Below, piece by piece: positions 27,347-38,874 of a stretch of DNA of 51,395 nt. The DNA comes from Elusimicrobiota bacterium (GTDB lineage: Bacteria > Elusimicrobiota > Elusimicrobia > F11), in assembly GCA_046153645.1 (NCBI GenBank), contig JBJXGI010000104.1, positions 1 through 51,395 of the forward strand, read 5' to 3'. The position numbers were made by a program, and so were the translations under genes. The notes under the pieces were generated by a model that saw only the letters and a list, made by a program, of their open reading frames with translations, had not been told where the DNA came from and made no database searches. Each line of letters starts with the position of its first letter. Positions within the stretch are counted from its first letter, which is position 1.

Positions 27347-28135
27347 ATGAATCTTGAATCTCTTAGTTTAACCTCTGTTTCTCTGCTCATGGGAGTGGGT
27401 CTTATTGGAGGAATTGTTGAATCGAGCGCGGGGGGAAGTGGTCTTGTCACATTACCTACCTTATTAATGTTGGGTGTCGATCCTATTCGCGCTTTAGCCA
27501 CCAATAAATTCCAGTATTCCTTTGGCGCGATTGTTTCTGTTGCGCGATTTTCAAAAGCAGGGCTTATTCAGCAGAAAGGTTTGATCCCGCTCATTTTAGC
27601 CGCACTTTTGGGAGGGGCGTTTGGTGCTTATGTTTTAACTCTATCCAGTGCTCAGGTCATTGCCACACTGGCACCTCTTTTTTTAATTGCTTCAGCACTT
27701 TATTTTGCTTTAAGCCCTAGTTTTAGCGATAAAGAAAGAGCGCCTCGTATGAAACTATCGATGGTGGCTTTATTTGTCATTCCCTTCATTGCTTTTTACG
27801 ATGGGTTTTTCGGTACGGGTTCTGCGAGTTTATATATGGTGGCCTTTATTTTATTGCAAGGGTATCACGTTCGTCAGGCGACGGCTGTAACCAAACTGGT
27901 CGATTTTGCCAGTGGCGGGGCGGCGCTTGTTGTATTGACGCTCAAAGGGCATGTTCTTTTAGTTCCGGGACTTATTTTGGCAATAGGCCAAACCGCAGGA
28001 GCTTATATTGGGTCAGGAATGGTGCTTAAGTGGGGATCTAAATGGGTTAAACCGGTGATTGTGATTGTCACCATTGCCATGAGCTTTCAATTGCTTTATA
28101 AACATCGTGACATGCTTGTTCAATTATTTAAATAG
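27347..28135 (+). CDS. TSUP/TauE-SafE family membrane transporter (YfcA-like)
   Basis: AGGSGLVTLP, ALATNK, FYDGFFG. Multiple TM helices. Confidence 0.85.
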   Translation: MNLESLSLTSVSLLMGVGLIGGIVESSAGGSGLVTLPTLLMLGVDPIRALATNKFQYSFGAIVSVARFSKAGLIQQKGLIPLILAALLGGAFGAYVLTLSSAQVIATLAPLFLIASALYFALSPSFSDKERAPRMKLSMVALFVIPFIAFYDGFFGTGSASLYMVAFILLQGYHVRQATAVTKLVDFASGGAALVVLTLKGHVLLVPGLILAIGQTAGAYIGSGMVLKWGSKWVKPVIVIVTIAMSFQLLYKHRDMLVQLFK

Positions 28136-28174
28136 GTAATCTTCGGAAATATTCAAAAAAAGAAAAAATGAAAT

Positions 28175-28256
28175 AAAAAAGGGCTTTTCACGTGTCCCCT
28201 CCGATCACGATCCAAGCCCCTTTTAGTTGTTTTTTAACGCCCGTTAAAATAACAAC
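28175..28256. other. Two adjacent hairpins: bidirectional terminator and/or small structured RNA
   Basis: AAAAAAGGGCTT..CGTG..CACG..AAGCCCCTTTT and GTTGTTTTTTAACG/CGTTAAAATAACAAC. Confidence 0.5.
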
Positions 28257-28437
28257 ACACTTAAAATAGGATTTTTCCGTCGGAAAGCGCGTCAATGAAA
28301 AGTCAAGTTTTTGTAAAAAAGAGCTTAAGACCCATTTTCTTTGATCATTGCGCCGATCTAAAAATCTATGATATTATGGCGATAAATATAAAGGACAAGG
28401 GAATTTGTGCCACCCCACCAATCCCCGAAGAGAATAC

Positions 28438-31400
28438 ATGCCAGGAATACCACCAAAACAAGGTTTATATGATCCTCAGCTGGAGAAAGACAGCTGCGGT
28501 GTCGGTTTTGTTGCCCATATAAAGGGTAAAAAATCTCATCAAATTGTTGAAGATGGCATCACTATCTTAGAGCGTTTGGCTCACCGAGGCGCTTGTGGTT
28601 GTGACCCTAAAACCGGAGATGGTGCAGGTATTTTGATCCAGCTCCCTCACGAATTTTTAAAACAACAAACCAAAAAATTAAATATTAATTTGCCCGCTGA
28701 AGGAGATTATGGCGCAGGTTTGGTGTTTTTACCGCAACAAGCCGATGAACAAAAATTTTGCATGTCCACTTTTGAACATGTGATTAAAAAAGAAGGCCAG
28801 GTTTTCTTAGGTTGGAGAGATGTGCCTGTTGTGAGCAATTCCATTGGTGAAGTGGCCCGCAGTATGGAACCGGCCATGAAACAAATTTTCATTGGTAAAG
28901 GCTCTCAAGTAAAAGATCAAATTTCATTTGAACTTAAACTACTCATCATTAGAAAAGTGATGGAGCGGAAAGTAAAAGAGTCCGATTTGGCTCATAAAAA
29001 TATGTTTTATGTGGTGAGCCTTTCTTCTCGCACTTTGGTTTATAAAGGGCAATTGATGTCGGAGCAAATTCACCCTTATTTCCCGGATTTAGCTGATTCA
29101 TCTATGGTAAGTGCCTTGGCGATGGTGCATTCTCGTTACAGCACCAATACATTTCCTTCTTGGGATAGAGCCCATCCTTATAGATACATTGCCCACAATG
29201 GAGAAATTAATACTCTTCGTGGAAATATTAACTGGATGCATGCGAGAGAAACCCTGTTGGCGAGTTCGCAGTTTGGAGATGACATTAAAAAGCTTCTACC
29301 GATTGTTAATTTAGATGGAAGTGACTCTGCTATTTTCGACAACGTGCTTGAGCTTTTGGTGGCCAGTGGCCGTTCCCTTCCACATGCGATGCTTATGATG
29401 GTACCGGAAGCTTGGCAATCCAATGATTTAATGGATGAAAATAAAAGAGCGTTTTACGAATATCATTCTTCATTAATGGAACCTTGGGATGGCCCTGCCT
29501 CCATGGCCTTTACTGATGGAACAGTCATTGGGGCGCTCTTGGATAGAAATGGTTTGCGACCCTCTCGTTTTTTAGTGACTAAAGATGACATTGTGATTAT
29601 GGCTTCTGAAGCAGGTGTTCTTCCCGTTGATCCTAAAAATGTTCTCCAGAAGGGTCGACTTGAACCAGGAAAAATGTTTTTAGTCGACACCGCTCAGGGT
29701 CGAATTATTTCTGATGACGAAATTAAAGATGGTTTGAAAAATCGTCAACCTTATAAAAAATGGCTCGATAGTAATTTGGTACGGTTTGAAAATTTACCTG
29801 AACCAGCTAAATATCACGAGCCCGATCACAAAACAGTTCAGCAGCGCCAAAAAGCTTTTGGGTATACAATTGAAGATTTGAAATATATTTTAACGCCGAT
29901 GGCTGGTCAAGGTGAAGAAGGCGTTGGATCCATGGGCGAAGATAGTCCCTGGCTGTGTTATCAAACCGTCCAAAACTTGTTTTCAATTATTTCAAACAAC
30001 TTTTTGCTCAAGTAACCAACCCTCCGATTGATTCCATTCGTGAAGAAGCGGTTATGGCCACGGAAGGCACTTTGGGTTCTGAGGGAAACTTATTAGAAGA
30101 AACACCTGAACAGTGCCATCAGTTGAAACTGCCACATGCGGTTATTTCCAATAAAGATCTAGAAAAAATTCGACATATTAATGAAGGAAAACTGAAAACA
30201 ACAACTATTCCAATGTTGTTTAAAGCAGCAAAAGGTGTTGATGGTTTGGCGCCAGCCCTTCAGCAATTATGCCTGGAAGCATCGAAAGCGGTTCGCCAAG
30301 GATTTACTATTTTGATTCTTTCTGATCGAGGGGTAGATAAAGATCATGTGGCCATTCCTTCGCTGCTTGCTATGGCTGCGGTTCATCATCATTTGATTCG
30401 TGAAGGAACAAGAACTCAAGTGGGAGTCGTGGTTGAGACGGCCGAAGCCAGAGAGCTTCACCATTTTGCTTTATTGATCGGGTATGGTGCAGTAGCCATT
30501 AACCCTTATCTTGCTTTTGAAACAATTTCAGATATGTTGCATCAAAGTTTGCTGCCTGCCAATTTGGCTTTTGATCAGGCCATTAAAAACTATATTAAAG
30601 CGACCCGCAAAGGCTTATTAAAAATTATTGCCAAGATGGGAATTTCAACCATTCAAAGTTATCGAGGAGCGCAAATTTTTGAAGCGGTTGGTTTAAATGC
30701 TTCTGTGATTGATAAGTATTTCACGGGTACTCCGTCTCGTGTGGCTGGGATCGGACTTGAAACGATAGCTGAAGAATCGTTTATCAGGCATCGGTCCGCT
30801 TATCCTGAAACCGAAGGTGGTGTGGAAGATTTAGATGTTGGTGGTTTTTATCAGTGGAGAAAAGACAGCGAAGTTCACATGATTAATCCTTCCACGGTTC
30901 ATAAACTCCAATATGCCGTACGTGCGAACAATCGCCAAGCTTTCAAAGAATTTTGCCGAATTGTTGACGATAAATCACAGTCATTGGCGACTCTTCGTGG
31001 TCTCATGAAATTGAAAGAAGCTGAGAAACCCATCAACTTGTCAGAAGTTGAACCTGCTGAAAATATTGTGAAAAGATTTTGTACAGGGGCCATGTCTTAT
31101 GGTTCGATCAGTCTTGAGGCTCATGAAAATTTAGCCATTGCCATGAATCGCCTTGGTGGACGAAGTAATACCGGTGAAGGCGGAGAAAACCCTGAGCGTT
31201 TTAAAAAAATGGCAAACGGGGACTCCAAAAGAAGTTCTATTAAACAAGTTGCCTCGGGCCGATTTGGTGTGACCAGTCATTATTTGGTTAATGCCGATGA
31301 AATTCAAATTAAAATGGCGCAGGGCGCCAAACCAGGAGAGGGAGGGCAACTTCATGGAACTAAAGTTACCGAAGAAATTGCTGAAGTAAGAAATTCTATC

Positions 31401-32993
31401 CCAGGCGTGACGCTTATCTCTCCACCGCCTCATCACGATATTTATTCAATTGAAGATTTGGCTCAACTTATTTTTGATTTAAAAAATGCCAATCCCAAAG
31501 CTAATGTGAGTGTGAAACTTGTTTCTGAAATTGGTGTAGGAACAATTGCCGCTGGTGTTGCCAAAGGGAAAGCAGATCTTGTACTTGTCAGTGGGCATGA
31601 AGGTGGAACGGGTGCCTCGCCGCTCACTTCTTTGAAACATGCAGGGCTTCCTTGGGAATTGGGATTGTCGGAAACTCAACAAGTTCTCGTGATGAATGAT
31701 TTGCGAGGACGCATTCGCGTTCAAACCGATGGTCAAGTAAAAACTGGTAAAGATTGTATGGTGGCATTTTTATTGGGCGCAGATGAGATTGGTTTATCTA
31801 CAGCGCCCTTAATTGCCTCCGGTTGCATTATGATGCGCGTGTGTCATTTAAATACGTGTCCTGTTGGTGTCGCAACTCAAGATCCTGAGCTTCGTAAAAA
31901 ATTTGTTGGTAAACCTGAACATGTTGTGAATTTCTTTATGATGTTGGCTGAAGAAATTCGTGAGCTTATGGCGAAGATGGGCTTTAGAACTGTTGAAGAA
32001 ATGGTGGGGCGAGTGGATCGTTTAGAAATGGATCCTGCTGTTGATCATTGGAAGGCGAAGGGTGTTGATTTGTCAGCCATTCTTTATCGTCCCCAAGCAG
32101 CGTCTCATGTCGCCATTCGTCATACGAGCAAACAAGATCATGGTCTTGAAACTGCTTTGGACTATAAAATGATCGAAAAAGCAAAACCGGCTATTGAAGC
32201 CAAAAAACCGGTGAAATTTGAATTTGATGTTCAAAATATTAACCGAACCGTAGGGGCCATTTTATCTGCAGAAGTTTCTCGAAAATATGACGCAGAAGGT
32301 TTGCCGCAAGGAACAATTCATGGGAAATTAAAAGGTTCTGCTGGCCAGAGTTTTGGTGCTTTTTTAGCTCCAGGTATTACTTTGGAACTTGAAGGTGATG
32401 CCAATGACTATGTAGGAAAAGGTTTATCTGGTGGTCGTGTGATTGTTTATCCTCCAAAGGAAAGTACATTTATTCCTGAAGAAAATATTATTGTGGGAAA
32501 TGTGTGTCTTTATGGGGCGGTTTCAGGGGACGCTTTTTTTAGAGGGCTTGCCGGAGAAAGGTTTGCTGTGAGAAATAGTGGCGCTCGCGTTGTGGTTGAA
32601 GGCGTGGGAGATCATGGTTGTGAATATATGACCGGGGGAACTGTAGTTGTCCTTGGTTCAACTGGAAGAAATTTTGCGGCTGGAATGAGCGGTGGAATTG
32701 CTTACATTCTTGATCTTGATGGAACATTTCCTAAAAAATGTAATTTGAGTATGGTTGATTTGGAGAAAGTTAAAGAACAAGACGACATTTTTACTTTAAA
32801 AGATTTAATTCAAAAACATTTCGATTTAACTCAGAGTTCTGTGGCTAAAAAGATTTTAGATTCATGGCAAGATTATGTAGGAAAATTTGTGAAAGTATTC
32901 CCAAAAGAATACCGACGCGCTCTGACTGAGATAGCAGCTAAAAAACAGGGTGTTAAACTCGAAAAGAAGGAAGGAGCTCAGAGCTGGGCCTAA
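28438..32993 (+). pseudogene. gltB: Glutamate synthase large subunit, split by a 1-nt frameshift near 29947-29950 (sequencing error or true pseudogene)
   Basis: N part: DSCGVGF, HRGA, HNGEINT, EPWDGPA. C part: [34 protein letters not shown]. The conserved GSMG-D-PLAVLS segment is restored by adding one base. Confidence 0.9.
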
Positions 32994-32996
32994 ACC

Positions 32997-34433
32997 ATGG
33001 GTGATATTCGCGGATTTATAAAAATTGCTAAAGAAGATTTCCCCTACCGTCCGGTTGAGGAACGTTTAAAAGATTATCGGGAAGTTACTATTCCTTTAAA
33101 AGAGGAAAAAGTAAAAGAACAAGGCGCTCGTTGCATGGATTGTGGTGTTCCTACATGCCATTGGGGTTGTCCTGTTGATAATCTCATTCCCGATTGGAAC
33201 GACTTGGCTTTTCGTGGGCGTTGGCAAGATGCCTTAGAGCGTCTTCTTCGTACGAATAATTTACCTGAAATGACAGGACGCGTTTGTCCTGCTCCTTGTG
33301 AAGCGGCTTGTGTGCTTGGCCTCATTGCACCTCCCGTCAGTATCAAGATGAATGAATATTCCATTATTGAAAAAGGATTTGCCGAAGGTTGGATCAAACC
33401 TGAAATTCCAAAAACAAGAACGGGGAAAAAGGTGGCTGTTATTGGTTCAGGCCCCGCCGGACTTTCTGCTGCGCAACAATTGAATCGCGCTGGTCATCTG
33501 GTGACTGTTTTTGAAAAAAATGATCGTATTGGTGGTCTTCTCCGTTATGGAATTCCAGATTTTAAGTTAGAGAAAAAAATTGTTGATCGTCGGGTGAATC
33601 TTTTAAAAGCAGAAGGGATAGAATTTAAAACCAATGCAAATGTAGGTGTAAATCTTAAAGTGGAAGATTTACTCAAGGAATTTGATGCCCTCTTATTATG
33701 CGGTGGTTCTGAAAAGCCCCGAGATCTTCCCGTGCCCGGGAGAGATTTAAAAGGAATTTATTTTGCGATGCAGTTTCTACCACAGCAAAATAAGCGCGTG
33801 GCCGGTGATAAGTTAAACGCACAAGAAGAAATTTTAGCCACAGGAAAACATGTGGTTATTCTTGGTGGTGGTGATACCGGTTCGGACTGTATTGGAACCA
33901 GTCATCGCCAAGGGGCCAAGAGTGTCACTTCGTTTGAACTTCTCCCAAAACCACCTGTTGATAGACCCGCTGATAATCCATGGCCAGAATGGCCGCGCAC
34001 CATTCGTTATTCTTCTTCTCATAAGGAAGGGGGAATGGTGGATTATAATGTTTTAACTAAAAGTTTTTCTGGTGAAAATGGCATTGTAAAAAAATTGAAT
34101 GCAGTTCGTTTAGATTGGAAAAAAGATGAAAAAGGCCAATTTAAAATGATTGAAATTCCAGGTTCAGAATTTTCTGTCGATGCTGATTTGGTTTTGCTTG
34201 CTATGGGTTTTGTCCATCCGATGAGAGAAGGAATGATTCAACATCTTGGGGTTAATTTAGATCCCAGAGGAAATGTAGCAGTTGATAGCAATCACATGAC
34301 CAGTAAAGAAGGTGTATTTGCAGCTGGTGATATGGCTATGGGGCAGTCGTTGGTTGTTCGCGCCATTAAACAAGGCAGGAATGCCGCTCGCGGGGTTGAC
34401 AAATATTTAATGGGAGAGACCCAACTCCCCTAG
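32997..34433 (+). CDS. gltD: Glutamate synthase small subunit
   Basis: [34 protein letters not shown]. Confidence 0.96.
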   Translation: MGDIRGFIKIAKEDFPYRPVEERLKDYREVTIPLKEEKVKEQGARCMDCGVPTCHWGCPVDNLIPDWNDLAFRGRWQDALERLLRTNNLPEMTGRVCPAPCEAACVLGLIAPPVSIKMNEYSIIEKGFAEGWIKPEIPKTRTGKKVAVIGSGPAGLSAAQQLNRAGHLVTVFEKNDRIGGLLRYGIPDFKLEKKIVDRRVNLLKAEGIEFKTNANVGVNLKVEDLLKEFDALLLCGGSEKPRDLPVPGRDLKGIYFAMQFLPQQNKRVAGDKLNAQEEILATGKHVVILGGGDTGSDCIGTSHRQGAKSVTSFELLPKPPVDRPADNPWPEWPRTIRYSSSHKEGGMVDYNVLTKSFSGENGIVKKLNAVRLDWKKDEKGQFKMIEIPGSEFSVDADLVLLAMGFVHPMREGMIQHLGVNLDPRGNVAVDSNHMTSKEGVFAAGDMAMGQSLVVRAIKQGRNAARGVDKYLMGETQLP

Positions 34434-34456
34434 GGGCCTTAAGTGCCCACTTCATC

Positions 34457-35383
34457 ATGCCTGAAATCGTTTTATCTTCGAAGTTTTTGCCATCTTTTAT
34501 AACAAATCCTTATTCCTATCAAAGAAGAAAAACTCGTGTTGTTATGGTGGGTTCTGTTGGTATTGGTGGAAACAATCCCATCAGAATTCAATCAATGGTG
34601 ACAACAGATACAATGAATACGGAGGCAACCGTTGAGCAAAGTTTAAGATTGGCTGATGTGGGATGTGAGATTATTCGAATTACGGCTCCTACCGTTCTAG
34701 ATGCGCAGAACTTAGAAAAAATTAAATCTGCCTTAATAAGTAAAGGTTGTCATACTCCTTTGGTCGCTGATATTCATTTTAGACCTGATGCCGCTATGGT
34801 TGCGGCAGACTTTGTTGAAAAGGTGCGTATCAACCCGGGCAATTTTGTCGATGGGAAAGCATTCAAAGTGCGAGAATATTCCGATGTGCAATATCAGGAT
34901 GAACTAAAGAGAATTGAAGATAAATTTACTCCGCTTGTTTTGAAATTAAAAAAATTAAAACGATCTCTTCGCATTGGCACAAATCACGGATCTTTGTCAG
35001 ATCGAATTATGAATCGATATGGTGACACGCCGCTTGGCATGGTAGAGTCTGCGCTCGAGTTTGTCCGTATTTGTGAGAAAAACGATTACCGCGATATTAT
35101 TTTTTCAATGAAAGCCTCTAACCCTCGAGTGATGATTGCTGCTTATCGATTGCTTGCTTTTCGATTGGCAGAACTGGAGATGGAATATCCGTTTCATGTT
35201 GGGGTTACAGAAGCAGGTGATGGTGAAGATGGCAGAATTAAATCGGCTGTTGGAATTGGTAGTTTACTAGAAGATGGAATTGGAGACACGATTCGAGTTT
35301 CTCTCACAGAAGATCCTGAATATGAAATTCCTGTCGCACAAGAATTGGTCAAAATTTATGGGAAACGTTATGCCAATATCTGA
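34457..35383 (+). CDS. ispG: IspG (HMBPP synthase) N-terminal catalytic TIM barrel
   Basis: [47 protein letters not shown]. Lacks the Fe-S cysteines. Confidence 0.9.
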   Translation: MPEIVLSSKFLPSFITNPYSYQRRKTRVVMVGSVGIGGNNPIRIQSMVTTDTMNTEATVEQSLRLADVGCEIIRITAPTVLDAQNLEKIKSALISKGCHTPLVADIHFRPDAAMVAADFVEKVRINPGNFVDGKAFKVREYSDVQYQDELKRIEDKFTPLVLKLKKLKRSLRIGTNHGSLSDRIMNRYGDTPLGMVESALEFVRICEKNDYRDIIFSMKASNPRVMIAAYRLLAFRLAELEMEYPFHVGVTEAGDGEDGRIKSAVGIGSLLEDGIGDTIRVSLTEDPEYEIPVAQELVKIYGKRYANI

Positions 35384-36449
35384 AAAATTAATTCCTCCCA
35401 TTACATTTACTCCAGATTTTTATTCTTATCAAAGGCGGGCAACGGATGTTGTCCGTTCTGGTCCGTTAGAATTAGGTGGTGAACAACCTCTTCGAGTGAT
35501 TTCCATTTTAAAACTAGAAGATTCCTCAGCCTCTCAAATTATGGAGCTCATGGAGAGTCATGTTAAAAAAGACACTCCCCCAGAAATTTTGGCCATTGAA
35601 TACGATAAAAATAATTTTGATAAGAAGTTTCAGTCTTTTCGTGAAGAATTATTTTTACAAACTTCAAGGTTAAGCCTTTGTGTGAAGTTTCATGATGCGC
35701 AATGGCCATTAAACCTTGATTTATCGGTTGATGGTTTTTTTATCAGTTTGTCGCATGTGAACCAGTCGGCTTGGGCACAGTTAACGGATCTTTGTTTGAA
35801 AAAAGAAATTCCTCTTTTTTTACAATCAGAAAATGTTGATGTGCTAGTTGAGGCTTGTCGGTTTTTTAAGGCTGAGCAAGTTGCCGTGGTATTGGGTGTA
35901 GAAGGTGAATTGGCCCGATCTGTTTATGCGCAACGTCATTTGGTTGCAAGATTAAACGAAATAAAATCAAAAGCACCCATTATGAATTTGTGGCCAGGTG
36001 TGGCTTTGGAATTAAACACAGCGGCTGTTCAAGGGGGTCTTATTTGTGATGGATTAGGAGATGCTATTTGTGTTTCTTCTTCTGTTATTTCAAGTGAGTC
36101 TCTTACGTTTTCTTATAATCTGTTGCAAGCCAGTGGCAGTCGAATTACCAAAACAGAATTTGTTTCTTGTCCTTCTTGCGGACGCACTTTGTTTGATCTT
36201 CAAACCACCACAGAAAGAATTAAATCCAAAACAGGTCATTTAAAAGGAGTGAAGATTGCCATTATGGGTTGTATTGTTAATGGTCCTGGCGAAATGGCTG
36301 ATGCTGATTTTGGTTACGTGGGCGGCGGAGTGGGAAAGATTAATTTATATGTAGGAAAAAACTGTGTTGAGAAATCAATCCCTTTTGACGTTGCCGATGA
36401 AAGGTTGATTGCCTTAATTAAGTCTCATGGTAAATGGGTTAACCCCTAA
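35370..36449 (+). CDS. ispG: IspG C-terminal part: degenerate second barrel plus 4Fe-4S domain
   Basis: [26 protein letters not shown]. In the +1 frame relative to the upstream ORF; ATG 35370 overlaps its end. Confidence 0.85.
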   Translation: MPISEKLIPPITFTPDFYSYQRRATDVVRSGPLELGGEQPLRVISILKLEDSSASQIMELMESHVKKDTPPEILAIEYDKNNFDKKFQSFREELFLQTSRLSLCVKFHDAQWPLNLDLSVDGFFISLSHVNQSAWAQLTDLCLKKEIPLFLQSENVDVLVEACRFFKAEQVAVVLGVEGELARSVYAQRHLVARLNEIKSKAPIMNLWPGVALELNTAAVQGGLICDGLGDAICVSSSVISSESLTFSYNLLQASGSRITKTEFVSCPSCGRTLFDLQTTTERIKSKTGHLKGVKIAIMGCIVNGPGEMADADFGYVGGGVGKINLYVGKNCVEKSIPFDVADERLIALIKSHGKWVNP

Positions 36450-36463
36450 TTTCGACGAAAGGC

Positions 36464-36491
36464 TTGCATTTTTAATAAACTATAGTAGAAT
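36464..36491 (+). promoter_or_regulatory. Sigma70-like promoter giving a long 5' UTR to the cold-shock gene
   Basis: TTGCAT-N16-TAGAAT about 210 nt upstream of the csp ATG. Confidence 0.45.
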
Positions 36492-36702
36492 AGTTCAAGT
36501 TTCATGCTTTTATTTTCAAACAATTCACATTTTTATTCGTTGCAGGAAAATTTTATTTCCCTCCTCAGAATTAATTCCCCCAAAAAGATTTGGCATGATT
36601 TTTTTTATAATCGATTTTTATCAATTTCAGCCCGAAATTCAAACTTTGCGGTTTGCTATTTACGGGGTGTAATCAAAGAATAAAGTACAGAGGTATAATA
36701 GT

Positions 36703-36909
36703 ATGAGTCAACGTGGTACAGTAAAGTGGTTCAATAATGCAAAAGGCTTCGGCTTCATTGCCAAGGCTGATGGTTCAGGAGATGTGTTTGTTCACTACTC
36801 CGCCATCCAAGGTGACGGCTTCAAGAGCTTAAACGAAGGTCAAGAAGTAACTTTCGATGAAGTTCCAGGAGAAAGAGGTCCCAAAGCCACCAATGTGGTT
36901 CGCGCCTAA
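36703..36909 (+). CDS. cspA: Cold-shock protein (CspA family)
   Basis: [24 protein letters not shown]. Confidence 0.95.
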   Translation: MSQRGTVKWFNNAKGFGFIAKADGSGDVFVHYSAIQGDGFKSLNEGQEVTFDEVPGERGPKATNVVRA

Positions 36910-36951
36910 AAGACCGCTTTACTGCGGGCTGAGTTTCATTTAAAGGCGTTA

Positions 36952-37008
36952 AAAACCCCACCCTCCCTGGTCAACGCGTAGTTTAGCGACCAAGTTGAGT
37001 GGGGTTTT
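36952..37008. terminator. Long hairpin/terminator after csp
   Basis: AAAACCCCAC..TGGTC..GACCA..GTGGGGTTTT. Confidence 0.55.
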
Positions 37009-37023
37009 GCTTTTCAAATTAAC

Positions 37024-37455
37024 ATGAAAAATAAATTAAATTATAAACGTGGCACTTCTTTTATGGAAGCTCTTTTCATTATTGTGATTGTGGGAGTCGT
37101 GTTTGCGATTACCTACCCGCAGTTCCGTGAAATGCTATATAAGTCTCGTGAAGCAAGAACCAAGTCTGCTCTCGGCCAGCTTCGAGGGGCCATAGAGATT
37201 TATTATTCAGACAACTTTGGTTTATATCCTTTAGATTCCGGAACACCAGAAACAAGGCTTGTTTCTGATCTTACTCCAAAGTATCTTCCTCAGATTCCTT
37301 TTGTCGATTTGGTTCACTACCATTCGACTCAATTAAATACAGTTGAAAATAAAATAACTGGAGTTGGCAATTGGTATTACACAACACTCAATGGTGAAGT
37401 TACCGTCAATAGTATTTATTTAGATACAAAACAAACCCCCATTTCAAGTTGGTAA
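37024..37455 (+). CDS. Type IV pilin/GspG-like pseudopilin
   Basis: Class III signal KRG|TSFMEALFIIVIVGVV with E5, then ARTKSALGQLRGAIEIYYSD..YP. Confidence 0.8.
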   Translation: MKNKLNYKRGTSFMEALFIIVIVGVVFAITYPQFREMLYKSREARTKSALGQLRGAIEIYYSDNFGLYPLDSGTPETRLVSDLTPKYLPQIPFVDLVHYHSTQLNTVENKITGVGNWYYTTLNGEVTVNSIYLDTKQTPISSW

Positions 37456-37457
37456 CC

Positions 37458-38111
37458 ATGCGTCGTATTATTGGACGATTTCTTAAAAATTCCTCTCAAA
37501 AGTTCGTTATTTTAGATACAAGTCTTTTTGTTAATCCTGCTTCAGCTCATTTTTTTGGTAGAAATCCTACCGAATCTTTTTCGAAGTTTTTGGAATTATG
37601 CGATAGTGCATCTGGCGTTCATTGGTTGATGCCTCCGAGTATTTATCGTGAACTCATGTACTTTGTTGAAGAAAAAAAAATTCCCCGAAACTTATTAATT
37701 CATATTGAACAACGGGCTCCCAAAAAACATGAAATTCTTGTCCCGGGAATTTTTATTCATGATTTAGTTGAAAACATGAGGGATCGAGTGGACCGCGGTC
37801 TAAGATTAGCTGAAAGGCATGTTCGAGAAGCGCTGCTTGTTTCACCCCCTGTCAAATCTGATAAACCTGTAAAAGGGGTCGTTTATCCTGATGCGGAAGC
37901 GGTGGGTCGATTAAGAGAAACCTATCGCCGCATCATGCGTGAGGGTTTTTTAGATTCAAAAGCAGATGTCGATTTGTTGTTGTTGTCGTATGAACTTTCC
38001 GGTTTGTTGGTATCAGCTGATCAAGGTGTTATTGATTGGGCTGAAAAAATGGGGATTCAGATTCTTCCCTATGATCAGTTACTTCCCTTCCTAAAAAAAC
38101 AATTGTCTTAA
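37458..38111 (+). CDS. RNA-free RNase P (HARP, Aq_880/PIN_5 family)
   Basis: ILDTSLFVNP, MPPSIYREL, RVDRGLRLAE, YRRIMREGFLDSKADVD, VSADQG..WAEKMGI. Confidence 0.88.
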   Translation: MRRIIGRFLKNSSQKFVILDTSLFVNPASAHFFGRNPTESFSKFLELCDSASGVHWLMPPSIYRELMYFVEEKKIPRNLLIHIEQRAPKKHEILVPGIFIHDLVENMRDRVDRGLRLAERHVREALLVSPPVKSDKPVKGVVYPDAEAVGRLRETYRRIMREGFLDSKADVDLLLLSYELSGLLVSADQGVIDWAEKMGIQILPYDQLLPFLKKQLS

Positions 38112-38149
38112 TACATTTTTCCCCCTCCAAATCGTTGCGAGGAGGATTT

Positions 38150-38839
38150 ATGTATAAAAAGTATTTCATGATGTTAATGTTTTTGTTTTTCCCACTGCGT
38201 TGTTTTTCTGGTTATTATGAGGATTATTTAAAGGCCCTTCACCATCGGACATTTCTAGAAGCGTTTCAAATAGCGAAAAATATTTCCACAGATATTCCTT
38301 ATGATTTTTTTTGGAAATTCCAACCGATAGAAATAAATAATAGGGTGCAGTTGCTGACCCAGGAAGATTATCTCTCTTATATTGAGAAACTCTATATGGA
38401 AGGCGTAAAAAGCTATTTAGCTCAGAGTTGGGACCAGGCGCGCCAGAAATGGGGACAAGTGAAACTCCTAAAAGAACAACAGGGCGGTGAATTAAATCAA
38501 CTTCAATGGAATGAGTTGTATAAATATGATTTTTTGGCCGCGCAATTCATTCCAAAAGAAATTTTATTTACAAACCCTGAGGAAGTTAAAGATGTTGAAC
38601 AGAAAGTTTCACATTTAGGTGATAAAACCAAAGAGAAAAAAGTGTTGATGCTCATTTCTCCCGATTCAAAAAATTTTAAAAAAAGGCGGCTTAATGAATT
38701 ATTGTTAAAGGCTCAGATAGCCTATGAAGATGGAGATTGGGCTATGTCGCGCTTATGGTTTGAGCGATTATTAAAATTAGAACCAGAAAATAAAAGTGTC
38801 CAAAATAAGTTATTAGAGTTACAACAAAAAACAAATTAA
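38150..38839 (+). CDS. Secreted TPR-like helical protein
   Basis: GGAGG RBS, signal peptide, TPR-like AYEDGDW...LLKLEPEN. Confidence 0.65.
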   Translation: MYKKYFMMLMFLFFPLRCFSGYYEDYLKALHHRTFLEAFQIAKNISTDIPYDFFWKFQPIEINNRVQLLTQEDYLSYIEKLYMEGVKSYLAQSWDQARQKWGQVKLLKEQQGGELNQLQWNELYKYDFLAAQFIPKEILFTNPEEVKDVEQKVSHLGDKTKEKKVLMLISPDSKNFKKRRLNELLLKAQIAYEDGDWAMSRLWFERLLKLEPENKSVQNKLLELQQKTN

Positions 38840-38874
38840 TTTAAATTAGTCGGGTTAGAATGGCGGCAGTAGGT

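Noticed and set aside
28295..28522. 75-aa ORF overlapping the gltB start
   Set aside because: Overlaps gltB out of frame, no recognisable features.
29940..29960. Programmed ribosomal frameshift in gltB
   Set aside because: No X XXY YYZ slippery site or evident stimulatory structure.
36427..36672. 81-aa ORF upstream of csp
   Set aside because: Low-complexity F/I-rich translation of an AT-rich promoter and UTR, with no RBS.
36936..36953. ANTAR target hairpin (AAAGGC loop) after csp
   Set aside because: Flanks do not pair around a hexaloop and there is no second hairpin of that type.
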